Part shown: one piece after another, positions 23,511 to 35,600 of the stretch
How positions within the stretch are numbered: position 1 is the stretch's first letter
How the letters are laid out: the number at the start of each line of letters is the position of its first letter
Source: Octopus sinensis
Lineage: Eukaryota
Assembly (NCBI RefSeq): GCF_006345805.1
Contig: NW_021833696.1
Coordinates: 1 to 40,194, forward strand
Length of the DNA: 40,194 bases
Direction of reading: 5' to 3'
Program-made: the position numbers and the translations under genes
Notes under the pieces: model-generated
What the model saw: only the letters and a program-made list of their open reading frames with translations
Databases searched by the model: none
Told to the model about the DNA's origin: nothing

Positions 23511-23899
23511 ATCACTTTTTTAAGAATAAAAATTAAGCCGAAAAAACATATTTGTTAACTATTAGGAGCAGAAAGTCTTGGAATATTTTCTCTTTATCAA
23601 CTACCGAGGTCCGCCACGTGAATTCGTCCAAATAAGATTCAAATAACGCACGCGATTTTCCTAAAATAAATTTACAAAAATATTTAATAATCAAAATAAT
23701 ATTAATTAGATAATTAATAAATAATAATTAATGGTTTTAGATACGAGATTTACATAAAGACCAACGCGATATTGCAGCCAAATTTAAATACATGTTTTTT
23801 AACAAAAATTAATATTTATTATATTATTAAATCTTTCAGTCCAGAGGTGAGTAATCTCCCTCGTTTTAAAAAAATTCTGTTGCAACTCCCTCTAATTAT

Positions 23900-26091
23900 T
23901 AATTTAATCCCATTCCCCTTGAATTTAGAAGGAATGCGGCACGTAGAAAACCGACAGACCTCCTAGGGTCACACCATAAGTCAAGGAGGGAGTTAATCTT
24001 ATGTGATCTTTTTACTGCGGTAAGATTTTTGCAATCCAGGACGACGTGCGTCACTGTGTGTCGTCCGTCATGGCAGATTGGGCAGGACGAATTGACGTCC
24101 TTATCCAGTTTGTTTTGATAGTCGAGGAGTAAAGGTTGATGCCCACAGCGAAATCTTGTGAGTTCGACCCGATTTTTTCGGCTGAGATATTTTTCAACTG
24201 ACTTAATTTTTTGGGGGGAGGATATTGTTTGCGGTTAGTGCGTTCAAAAAGGATTTTGTTATTATTAGTTCTTTTATTTCCGATGGTTTTTTAATAAAGA
24301 ATGAGTTTAGGATACGACAGTACTGGAGTGCTAGTGTGTTTTTGATGTTCCTGTCAGGTGTTGGTGTTGTCGTGAGATTGTAACTTGGGACGTTTTTGAT
24401 CATACTCCCTGAAGCGAAGAATTGGGTTCCATAGATGTCGAAATGGTCTGCTAGTTTGATCATGTTGGTTTCCTGGTGCATATGGTCGGTCAAATAGACT
24501 TTAAACAACTCGTAATGATTTTGAGTGCTTGGTTTTGGATTGATTGTAGTTTCTGAAGGAGTATTTTTGACAGCAGAACGCCCATGATGCACCTGCACAG
24601 TCCAATGTTGGAAGAATGTATTGTTTGTATAGGAGTGTTAGGCATTTTTTGTTTTGTCCAAAGTCTGTTCCGGTGAGTGAGTGGAAGGGATTCATTTTGC
24701 ATTTGCATTTGTGAGTCAGGTTTTCAATGTGTTGGCGAAATGATAAGGAGGTGTCGTACGTTATCTCGAGTATTTTGACTGTTTTGGTGTGGGGAATTTG
24801 AATATTGTTAATTTTGATTGTCGGAGTGAAATTGTGTTCTCGTGTATTACCTGTTAGAAGAGTGGCTGATGATTTAGTTGGTGATATAGATAGCCCGTCT
24901 AGAGTAATCCAGTTATACAGGGTATCAATGAATGGTTGAACTTGGCGACATGCTGGTGTTGGATTTGTGTTTAATGATATGATCGTAATATCATCTGCGT
25001 ATAGGAACAGGGATACATTTTAGGGTGGTATAGGAATGTCACTTAGGTAGGTGTTGAAAAGTGTGGTGGATAGGATAAAGCCTCAAAGCATTCTATTGGG
25101 GATGATGCCTTTATTTGGGCGTTTTTTGTTGAGTTGGACATGACCTTGTCTCACACTGAAGTAATTGGATATCCATCGTTTTGAGTTATTATCGACATTT
25201 CTCTGGATGATTTTGTTTATTAGTGGGAGCCGCGGCATGTTGCGTTTTGCTAATTGGAAGTTTATGAGATATTCTGTTTAGGATTTGTGATGAGGTGCAG
25301 AGAAGTGTAATTGGTCTGTATGATGATGGGTCAACAGCTGGTTTATGTGGTTTTAATTTCGTGATAATTTTACCAATTTTCCATATTCGTGCGATGGTGT
25401 TGTTATAAAAGATTCATTTAGTATCAATTTGAAATTGAAGTGGAAACTGCTAATGTTGTCGATTTATTGTTTGAGATTGGCAATTACGTTTTTTTACTTC
25501 TTGGGTGAATGGATTGGAATTGTGGTCAAGGGGGTATTTCTGTACTTGTGGTTTGTGTGAGTGACCGTCTCGTTTGCGGTGGCTGAGGTTTTTGAAGTGT
25601 TTCATCAACACATTGGTAGATCGTGTTCTTTCTCAATAGGTAGACCATTTTTGGATTTTACAGACTCATGGGTTTTTCCATTGTTGGGGTTAACGATGCT
25701 GTTTATTGTTTTGAAGAGTGTTTTGTTTTTGTTTTGTAGTTGAGGTATTTGCGAATTGACGCCAGTTTTCTTTTTTCCTTTACTTGAGTTTGTTAGATAC
25801 AGTATGGCCCAAAAATATTACACCCCTTGTTTTTTTGTAATTAAATAAATGTATTATTCTAACAGATATAAGATTTTTTCGACAAAAAAACAAGGGGTGG
25901 AATATTTTTGGACCATACTGTATGTTCTTGTTTAGTTCTCTTAGTCTGGAGACAATATCCGTGATTCCTGATCGAGACGTATTGTGTTTGAGGTTGTCGC
26001 GAGTTTTTATTAAATCTGCAATTTCCTTAATGTAGTTCGGGTTGTATTTCTTTATGTTCCACATGGGGATGTGTCTTTTCGCTGCTTTCAA
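23900..26091 (-). mobile_element. 5'-truncated APE-type LINE (I/Jockey-group-like), RT + C-terminal CCHC, degenerate
   Basis: WKIGKII, SSYRPITLL, LFNTYLSD, FLYADDITI, KQYILPTLD, LQSIQNQALKIIT, LTRFRCGH..CPIC....TVTHVVLDC, LWCDP...FL. Many stops and frameshifts. Clade assignment is tentative. Confidence 0.8.
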
Positions 26092-26121
26092 GATAATATG
26101 TCACATGCCTGAGCGATTACT

Positions 26122-26514
26122 ATGCCCCACTCGTTACCTCTGAGAAATATGATTTTTCATAGCCAGTTTTACGAACCTATTCAAAAGCCACGTGTCTCTT
26201 ACGGGGGAGTTGCGGTATTAGCGAAGAGCCAAGGAAGAAACATGAAAAAACTGTTTCAGGAATATGGACTAAATCCCGAACCCCAGAGAAAGTCCCATCT
26301 TCCAGAAAATGATAAATTTGGTGTCAAGGATCTCATGAGAGAGAAAGAGAGTACAACCCGGCGGCCGATCGTTCCCTGCAGAGAAAAGTCTTTGGTTATG
26401 AGGAAATATCGAGGAGAAAATATGCGACTCATTTTTGCAAACGCTGGAAAAAAGCAGTATATAAGTATTCCCGGGCTGAGGTCGACGGCACAGACTAAAC
26501 AACGATTTGCTTAA
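26122..26514 (+). CDS. Intronless 130-codon ORF, unknown
   Basis: Open for 130 codons in AT-rich DNA. No recognisable motif. Confidence 0.2.
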   Translation: MPHSLPLRNMIFHSQFYEPIQKPRVSYGGVAVLAKSQGRNMKKLFQEYGLNPEPQRKSHLPENDKFGVKDLMREKESTTRRPIVPCREKSLVMRKYRGENMRLIFANAGKKQYISIPGLRSTAQTKQRFA

Positions 26515-27063
26515 TTATTTTTTATTCATTATTTTGTTTAGACTTTAGAATTTTTCGTTTATTTCCCGAGGTTTGTCGATTGGTGTCGTCCCAGACACAC
26601 ATCTCCATCAGTATCTTCATTTTTAAAGAGGAAAACAACTCCTTTGCATGATTCAGAAGTATTCTACAACTTCAGAATTAAAAGAGTCACTAGACTGTAA
26701 TTTTAAACTTTTGTTTAAAGCCCATCGACTTGATTTCAGAAACGGTTGTTTAGTTTGCATTTTCAATTAACCTCTGTGATTGAATATTTCCTTTAATCTT
26801 AGTATCTGGGTTTTCCGAGCTTCACGTAGACACTGTAAACATTAGCGCAAAATCATAAATATTAGTATCGAAGCTCCAAGAATTCGTGTTGAAGCTCAAA
26901 AATTAACGTTTTATGAGCAAGCATTTTAATTTTTAAACGTCGGAAATTTTTTTTTGAAATAATTTTTTTAATTAAATCAATGGAAATTGTTAAAAAATCT
27001 AGCTATTATGTACTGGCTCGCAGGATTGTAAGTCTCGACGGCAATTGCCCAAAAGCAAAATCG

Positions 27064-29067
27064 ATTACATAATCTCAAGTACGCCCATATCATATCTAAG
27101 GAACTTGTTAAATTGCATAATATATTACGCAATTTATTACACAATTTATTACATAATCTCAAGTACCCCAATATCCTCACATCTACGGACTATTCAAATG
27201 TGCATAATATATCACGTAATTTATTACTCAATTTATTACATAATCTCAAGTACCCCGTATCCTTATATCTACGGACCTTCCAAAATTGCATAATATATTA
27301 CGTAATTTATTACGCAATTTATTACATAATCTCAAGTACTCCAAATACTCACATCTACGCAATTTGCAAAATTGCATAATATATTACGTAATTTATTACG
27401 CAATTTATTACATAATCTCAGGTACCCCAACATCCTCATATCTTGGACCTTCCAAAATTGTATAATATATTACGCCATTTATTACGAAATTTATTACATA
27501 ATCTCAAGTACCCCCATATCATATCTAAGGAACTTGTTAAATTGCATAATATATTACGCAATTTATTACCCAATTTATTACATAATCTCAAGTACCCCAA
27601 TATCCTCACATCTACGGACCATTCAAAATTGCATAATATATCACGTAATTTATTACTCAATTTATTACATAATCTCAAGTACCCCCATATCCTCATATCT
27701 ATAGACCTTGCAAAATTGCATCCTATTTTAAGCAATTTTTGTCGTAAGTTATTACATAATCTCAAGTACTCAAAATACTCACATCAACGGAATTTCCAAA
27801 ATTAGGTAATATATTACATAATATATTACGCAATTTATTACCCAATTTATTACATAATCTCAAGTACCCCAATATCCTCACATCTACGGACCATTCAAAA
27901 TTGCATAATATATCACGTAATTTATTACTCAATTTATTACATAATCTCAAGTACCCCGTATCCTTATATCTACGGACCTTCCAAAATTGCATAATATATT
28001 ACGTAATTTATTACGCAATTTATTACATAATCTCAAGTACCACCATATCATATCTAAAGAACTTGTTAAATTGCATAATATATTACGCAATTTATTACCC
28101 AATTTATTACATAATCTCAAGTACCCCAATATCCTCACATCTACGGACCATTCAAATTTGCATAATATATCACGTAATTTATTACTCAATTTATTACATA
28201 ATCTCAAGTACCCCGTATCCTTATATCTACGGACCTTCCAAAATTGCATAATATATTACGTAATTTATTACGCAATTTATTACATACATATATCAAGTAC
28301 CCCCATATCCTCATATCTATAGACCTTGCAAAATTGCATCCTATTTTACGCAATTTTTCTGGTAAGTTATTACATAATCTCAAGTACTCAAAATACTCAC
28401 ATCTACGGAATTTCAAAATTAGGTACTATATTACATAATATATTACGCAATTTATTACATAATCTCAAGTACTCCAAATACTCACATCTACGCAATTTTA
28501 AAATTGCATAATATATTACGTAATTTATTACGCAATTTATTACATAATCTCAAGTACCCCAACATCCTCATATCTTAACCTTCCAAAATTGCATAATATT
28601 TACGCCATTTATTACTCAATTTATTACATAATCTCAAGTACCCCCGTATCCTTATATCTACGGACCTTCCAAAATTGCATATATATTACATAATTTATTA
28701 CGAAATTATTACATAATCTCAAGTACCCCCATATCATATCTAAGGAACTTGTTAAATTGCATAATATATTACGCAATTTATTACCCAATTTATTACATAA
28801 TCTCAAGTACCCCAATATCCTCACATCCACGGACCATTCAAAATTGCATAATATATCACGTAATTTATTACTCAATTTATTACATAATCTCAAGTTACCC
28901 GTATCCTTATATCTACGTACCTTCCAAAATTGCATAATATATTACGTAATTTATTACGCAATTTATTACATAATCTCAAGTACCCCCATATCCTCATATC
29001 AATAGACCTTGCAAAATTGCATCCTATTTTACGCAATTTTTGTCGTAAGTTATTACATAATCTCAAG
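27064..29067 (+). repeat. Satellite array, left segment (~86-bp monomers, ~23 copies)
   Basis: Recurring CATAATCTCAAGTAC anchor at 84-87 bp spacing, e.g. 27503, 27587, 27674. Confidence 0.98.
29056..29067 (+). repeat. Target-site duplication, left copy (CATAATCTCAAG)
   Basis: An identical 12-mer at 32634-32645 flanks the other end of the retroelement. Confidence 0.9.
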
Positions 29068-32000
29068 AATATTTTTGTTTAGTGGTGTAAGGATGGTTGG
29101 TTTTTCTCAGTCTGGAAAAGTCATTTCCATGACGCATCCACAGAATACCAAGTAAATGACGCTCAAGAAAATGTGGATTTGTCTGTTCATGGCTGTCTTA
29201 ATGCCCCTGTCAAATACAATGAAACTCAGCAGCTCTCGTCAACTTTGTTATCCTTAAAAGCTATTTGTGAGTCTATTGATTCGTCCAACCCAGGAGAGTG
29301 GATGTCATCTCTTTTGAACTATGTCAAAGATCGTCTCAAGCGAGTACCTAGGGGAGGGTGGCCACTTATGGCCAGCTATTTTAATTCTAAATTTGGTAAG
29401 AAAAAATCGATATTCGATTGAAAAAACTTGCTACTACTTTCCGCGGAAATAATGAAATCACCAAAACTGGACATAATATGAATAGAAAATTACCTGATTT
29501 GACACTGTACAACAAAATTTTTGAAGAATTATTAATTCAAATTGATCAAAATAAATCAATACCAATCGAAGAAAGGAAGCAAACAAGAAAGATTCAATCT
29601 CAGCATGTAAATCATGAAGTGATTGAAATGATTAATAAAGCCCTAATTGAATACACGTCGAATAACATTCCTGCAAGTATTGAGGATATTTCGTCTTTGA
29701 TATACTCAGCACAATGTGTATATCAACAGATATCAAGTAAATTGACATTCAAGTCGAATTGGAAACAAAAAATCCAAAATAAAATTGAATCTTTGATGGA
29801 GAATGATCGGTTAATATCAAAGCATTTTATGTCCACCACTAAAGATGAGGAACGGAAGAAAGCAGTAGACATTCTCTGCTCCTACAATTATAAGAAGTCT
29901 AAAAGGGGGGAGTTTGAGAGAATATCGTCTACAATAAATGATCAAATCAAAATTCTAAACAAAAGTTATCAGTTTCAGTTCAAGAAGGCAATATGGAATA
30001 GATAATAGAAACTTCGAGTTGAACAGAAGATCGTTCTACAGAAAGCTGAATCCCATTCTGATAACAAACAAATTGCTGGTTTTGACTCGTCTGAGTGTCT
30101 CAAGTTTTGGGGTGATGTTTGAAGAAAAGGGATAAAACTGATTTGGGCCTTGGAGTGAACAAAAGAGTAACTGGTGTGAAGATAATGCACCTGACGTTAG
30201 CGACGAGTTTATATCAAACTTAATTGAGTACCTTCCTAATTGGAAGGCTCCGGGATGTGATGCTGTGTACAATTTCTTTATCAAAAAGCTGGACTCTCTT
30301 CACAAATTTCTTTTCCAAGAGATCAGAAATATTATTAATGGTGTCAGTCAACCACAAGGATGGTTTTACACTGGAATTACATTTTAATCCCAAAGAAAGC
30401 AAACTCTGTTGATCCGAAGGACCTTAGACCAATTACATGCATGCCGTGCTTATATAAATTGGTCACAAAATGTGTGAACGAAAAAATCGCTGTATATGCT
30501 GATACTTACGATCTGATAACGGAGTTCCAGTTGGGATCTAAACGCCATTGCCAAGGAGCAAAGGAATTAGCGCTTCTAAATAGACGCGTTAATGAAGTTT
30601 ATGGAAACAAATTATTATGTGCATGGATCGACGTAAAGAAAGCTTTTGACTCAGTGAGTCACGAATTTCTTTTTGAAGTTTTGGAAAACTCAGGACTACC
30701 TAAATGGATAACGAAATTTATGATGTCAATAATTCCTAACTGGAGAGTGTCGTTAAGATTAGGAAAAGAGCTGCTTGGAACAGTTAATATTGATCGTGGT
30801 ATACTCCAAGGTGACTCACTGTCACCACAGTTATTTGTATTGGTCTTGGATCCATTAAGCAGGATTTTATCTTTAAAATATCCGAGTATGTCAATCAATA
30901 CTGGTGAAGACAAGTCCTTAACCTTTTCTACCAATCATTTCTATTCATCGATGATTTGAAGCTTTTTGCTCAGAAGGAAGAGACACTGGCACGCATGATG
31001 GAGGATGTGAACATTTACTTTAAACTGGCTGGTTTGGAGAAGAATTTTGAGAAATCAGCGACAAATTGTTATTTGTTGAGGAATGAAGCTACATTAATGG
31101 ATGGACTAGATAGCTATCGCTATCTAGGGGTGCTAGAAGACAGATGCAGTAATGTTCTTAAAGAGGATGTACTCAAAAATATTAAAGAAGAAATGCAAAA
31201 GCGTATTGGAAGACTATCGGAAACTAAACTAAATGCAGTCAATCTATTTAGAGCAATTAATGAGCATGCTCTATCGCTGATTACTATTATATCGGTCTAC
31301 TCTCGATCTGAAACCATCTTGTTTCGAAGAATGGACAAGTTTGTCAGAAAGCTGTTGGCTGATTTGAAAATTCACATGAAGCCAGCCTGTAAAGAAAGAC
31401 TGTATCTGCCAAGAGATACACTTGGAAGGGGACTTGTATCAGTTGCCTTTAAGGCGGAAAAATGCTGTTGGACTTCAAAACCAATTTGGAAAGGCGAAAG
31501 TTAATCTCCTTGAGAAAAGCAGCAATTTTGTGGGCCGAACAGAAAAGGAAAACCCATATGGCCACAATCACAGAATTCCTGCATTGTAAATATGAACAAC
31601 CACACTCGATGAGATTGCTAAATCACTACGTGACTTGCAGATAGAGTCACTGTTGCTTAGTATTAAAAAGAAAAGGTTGCATTCGAAGCTATTTGAGTCG
31701 CTTGAGAATAATACTTTTGATATCCCAACATCTTCAACATGGCTAAAGAAAGGGAATATATCTCCTAAATCTGAGGCAATGTTCTCTTTTCTTCAAGACA
31801 GAAACGTCTTTTTCAGAAACTCTGATGAAAAATGCCCACATTGTAAATCCTCGCCTAAAACCGTGGACCATCTTGCGACGCGATGCAGTAGAATGCTAAA
31901 TTCAGATTATACCAGAAGGCATAACGAGATTGTGAGGGTGTTCACATGCACTTGTGTCGGAGATTTGGAATGAAGAAGTCCAAGAGACTGAAAACCCACT

Positions 32001-32633
32001 CCGTGCAGTGTATAATGTCGAATAGCTCTGCGGAAATTCGGGTCGATACTACAATTCCAACTGAACTAAAAATACAATATAACAAGCCTGATATATTCCT
32101 GTATGACAAGAAGGAAAATTTGATATGGATCATTGAAGTGGGTGTTACCTCGATAGATAATTTGAAATCGGTGGAAGTGGAAAAAAATGCATAAACGACA
32201 TTCTAGCCAGTGAATTACAATTAATTCACAAGGCTAAGGTAAAGATTGTACCGATTGTCCTCACGTGGGATGGGATAGTCTCTACATTCTTCAGAAAATA
32301 TATGGACCTTCTTAAAATCAAAGAAAGTGTGCAAGCATACATCCAGACTGTTGGTTTGAAAAAAACAATGGAAAGCATGATAGTAGAACACAAATTTGGC
32401 TTCGAAAATATGTCTACCTCAGGTAACTCATTTGACGAAGGACGGAAATCGGTGAAGAGACGGCGAGATTCTGTAGTTTCCGCCGATGAAGGAAACAACT
32501 CCGAGTGGGAACAGATAGCGGGAAGAGGATTCCGAGAGTAAACTTGGCGGAGCAAACTAATATGGAAAAGGAAAGTTAATTATTTTAATTAATTATTGAA
32601 ACTGACAATTTCTGAATGATAATTTATCTTTTT
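29068..32633 (+). mobile_element. Near full-length R4/Dong-type RLE non-LTR retrotransposon (3566 bp) inserted in the satellite
   Basis: One long frameshifted ORF (about 29100-32541): WKAPGCD..NFFIKKL, DLRPITCMPCLYKL, WIDVKKAFDSVSHE, RGILQGDSLSP.LF, HFLFIDDLK, YRYLG, RLYLPR..LGRGL, zinc knuckle CPHC...TVDHLATRC, RRHNEIVR, and RLE KPDI.....IIEV. Has a 12-bp TSD and ends in TTTTT. Confidence 0.92.
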
Positions 32634-35600
32634 CATAATCTCAAGTACTCAAAACTCACATCAACGGAATTTCCAAAATTAGTAATATATTACATAATAA
32701 TTACGCAATTTATTACATAATCTCAAGTACTCCAAATACTCACATCTACGCAATTTCTAAAATTGCATAATATATTACGTAATTATTACGCAATTTATTA
32801 CATAATCTCAAGTACCCCCCCATCCAACATCTCAATCTTAACCTCCAAAATTGCATAATATATTACGCCATTTATTACTCAATTTATTACATAATCTCAA
32901 GTACCCCGTATCCTTATATCTACGGACCTTCCAAAATTGCATAATATATTACATAATTTATTACGAAATTTATTACATAATCTCAAGTACCCCCATATCA
33001 TATCTAAGGAACTTGTTAAATTGCATAATATATTACGCAATTTATTACCCAATTTATTACATAATCTCAAGTACCCCAATATCCTCACATCTACGGACCA
33101 TTCAAATTTGCATAATATATCACGTAATTTATTACTCAATTTATTACATAATGTCAAGTACCCCGTATCCTTATATCTTCGGAACACCCAAATTTCATTA
33201 TATATTACGTAATTTATTACGCAATTTAATTACATAATCTCAAGTACCCCCATATCCTCATATCAATAGACTTTGCAAAATTGCATCCTATTTTACGCAA
33301 TTTTTGTCGTAAGTTATTACATAATCTCAAGTACTCAAAATACTCACATCAACGGAATTTCCAAAATTAGGTAATATATTACATAATATATTACGCAATT
33401 TATTACATAATCTCAAGTACTCCAAATACTCACATCTACGCAATTTCCAAAATTGCATAATATATTACGTAATTTATTACGCAATTTATTACATAATCTC
33501 AAGTACCCCAACATCCTCATATCCTAACCTTCCAAAATTGCATAATATATTACGCCATTTATTACTCAATTTAGTACATAATCTCAATACCCCGTATCCT
33601 TATATCTACGGACCTTCCAAAATTGCATAATATATTACATAATTTATTACGAAATTTATTACATAATCTCAAGTACCCCCATATCATATCTAAGGAACTT
33701 GTTAAATTGCATAATATATTACGCAATTTATTACCCAATTTATTACATAATCTCAAGTACCCCAACATCCTCATATCTTAAACCTTCCAAAATTGCATAA
33801 TATATTACGCCATTTATTACTCAATTTATTACATAATCTCAAGTACCCCGTATCCTTATATCTACGGACTTTCCAAAATTGCATAATATATTACATAATT
33901 TATTACGAAATTTATTACATAATCTCAAGTACCCCCATATCATATCTAAGGAACTTGTTAAATTGCATAATATATTACGCAATTTATTACCCAATTTATT
34001 ACATAATCTCAAGTACCCCAATATCCTCACATCTACGGACCATTCAAATTTGCATAATATATCACGTAATTTATTACTCAATTTATTACATAATGTCAAG
34101 TACCCCGTATCCTTATATCTTCGATACACCCAAATTTCATTATATATTACGTAATTTATTACGCAATTTATTACATAATCTCAAGTACCCCCATATCCTC
34201 ATATCAATAGACTTTGCAAAATTGCATCCTATTTTACGCAATTTTTGTCGTAAGTTATTACATAATCTCAAGTACTCAAAATACTCACATCAACGGAATT
34301 TCCAAAATTAGGTAATATATTACGTAATTTATTACGCAATTTATTACATAATCTCAAGTACCCCCATATCATATCTAAAGAACTTGTTAAATTGCATAAT
34401 ATATTACGCAATTTATTACCCAATTTATTACATAATCTCAAGTACCCCAATATCCTCACATCTACGGACCATTCAAATTTGCATAATATATCACGTAATT
34501 TATTACTCAATTTATTACATAATCTCAAGTACCCCGTATCCTTATATCTACGGACCTTCCAAAATTGCATAATATATTACGTAATTTATTACGCAATTTA
34601 TTACATACATAATCTCAAGTACCCCCATATCCTCATATCTATAGACCTTGCAAAATTGCATCCTATTTTACGCAATTTTTCTTGTAAGTTATTACATAAT
34701 CTCAAGTACTCAAAATACTCACATCTACGGAATTTCCAAAATTATGTACTATATTACATAATATATTACGCAATTTATTACATAATCTCAAGTACTCCAA
34801 ATACTCACATCTACGCAATTTCCAAAATTGCATAATATAATACGTAATTTATTACGCAATTTATTACATAATCTCAAGTACCCCAACATCCTCATATCTT
34901 AAACCTTCCAAAATTGCATAATATATTACGCCATTTATTACTCAATTTATTACATAATCTCAAGTACCCCGTATCCTTATATCTACGGACCTTCCAAAAT
35001 TGCATAATATATTACATAATTTATTACGAAATTTATTACATAATCTCAAGTACCCCCATATCATATCTAAGGAACTTGTTAAATTGCATAATATATTACG
35101 CAATTTATTACCCAATTTATTACATAATCTCAAGTACCCCAATATCCTCACATCCACGGACCATTCAAAATTGCATAATATATCACGTAATTTATTACTC
35201 AATTTATTACATAATCTCAAGTACCCCGTATCCTTATATCTACGGACCTTCCAAAATTGCATAATATATTACGTAATTTATTACGCAATTTATTACATAC
35301 ATAATCTCAAGTACCCCCATATCCTCATATCTATAGACCTTGCAAAATTGCATCCTATTTTACGCAATTTTTCTTGTAAGTTATTACATAATCTCAAGTA
35401 CTCAAAATACTCACATCTACGGAATTTCCAAAATTAGGTACTATATTACATAATATATTACGCAATTTATTACATAATCTCAAGTACTCCAAATACTCAC
35501 ATCTACGCAATTTCCAAAATTGCATAATATATTACGTAATTTATTACGCAATTTATTACATAATCTCAAGTACCCCAACATCCTCATATCTTAAACCTTC

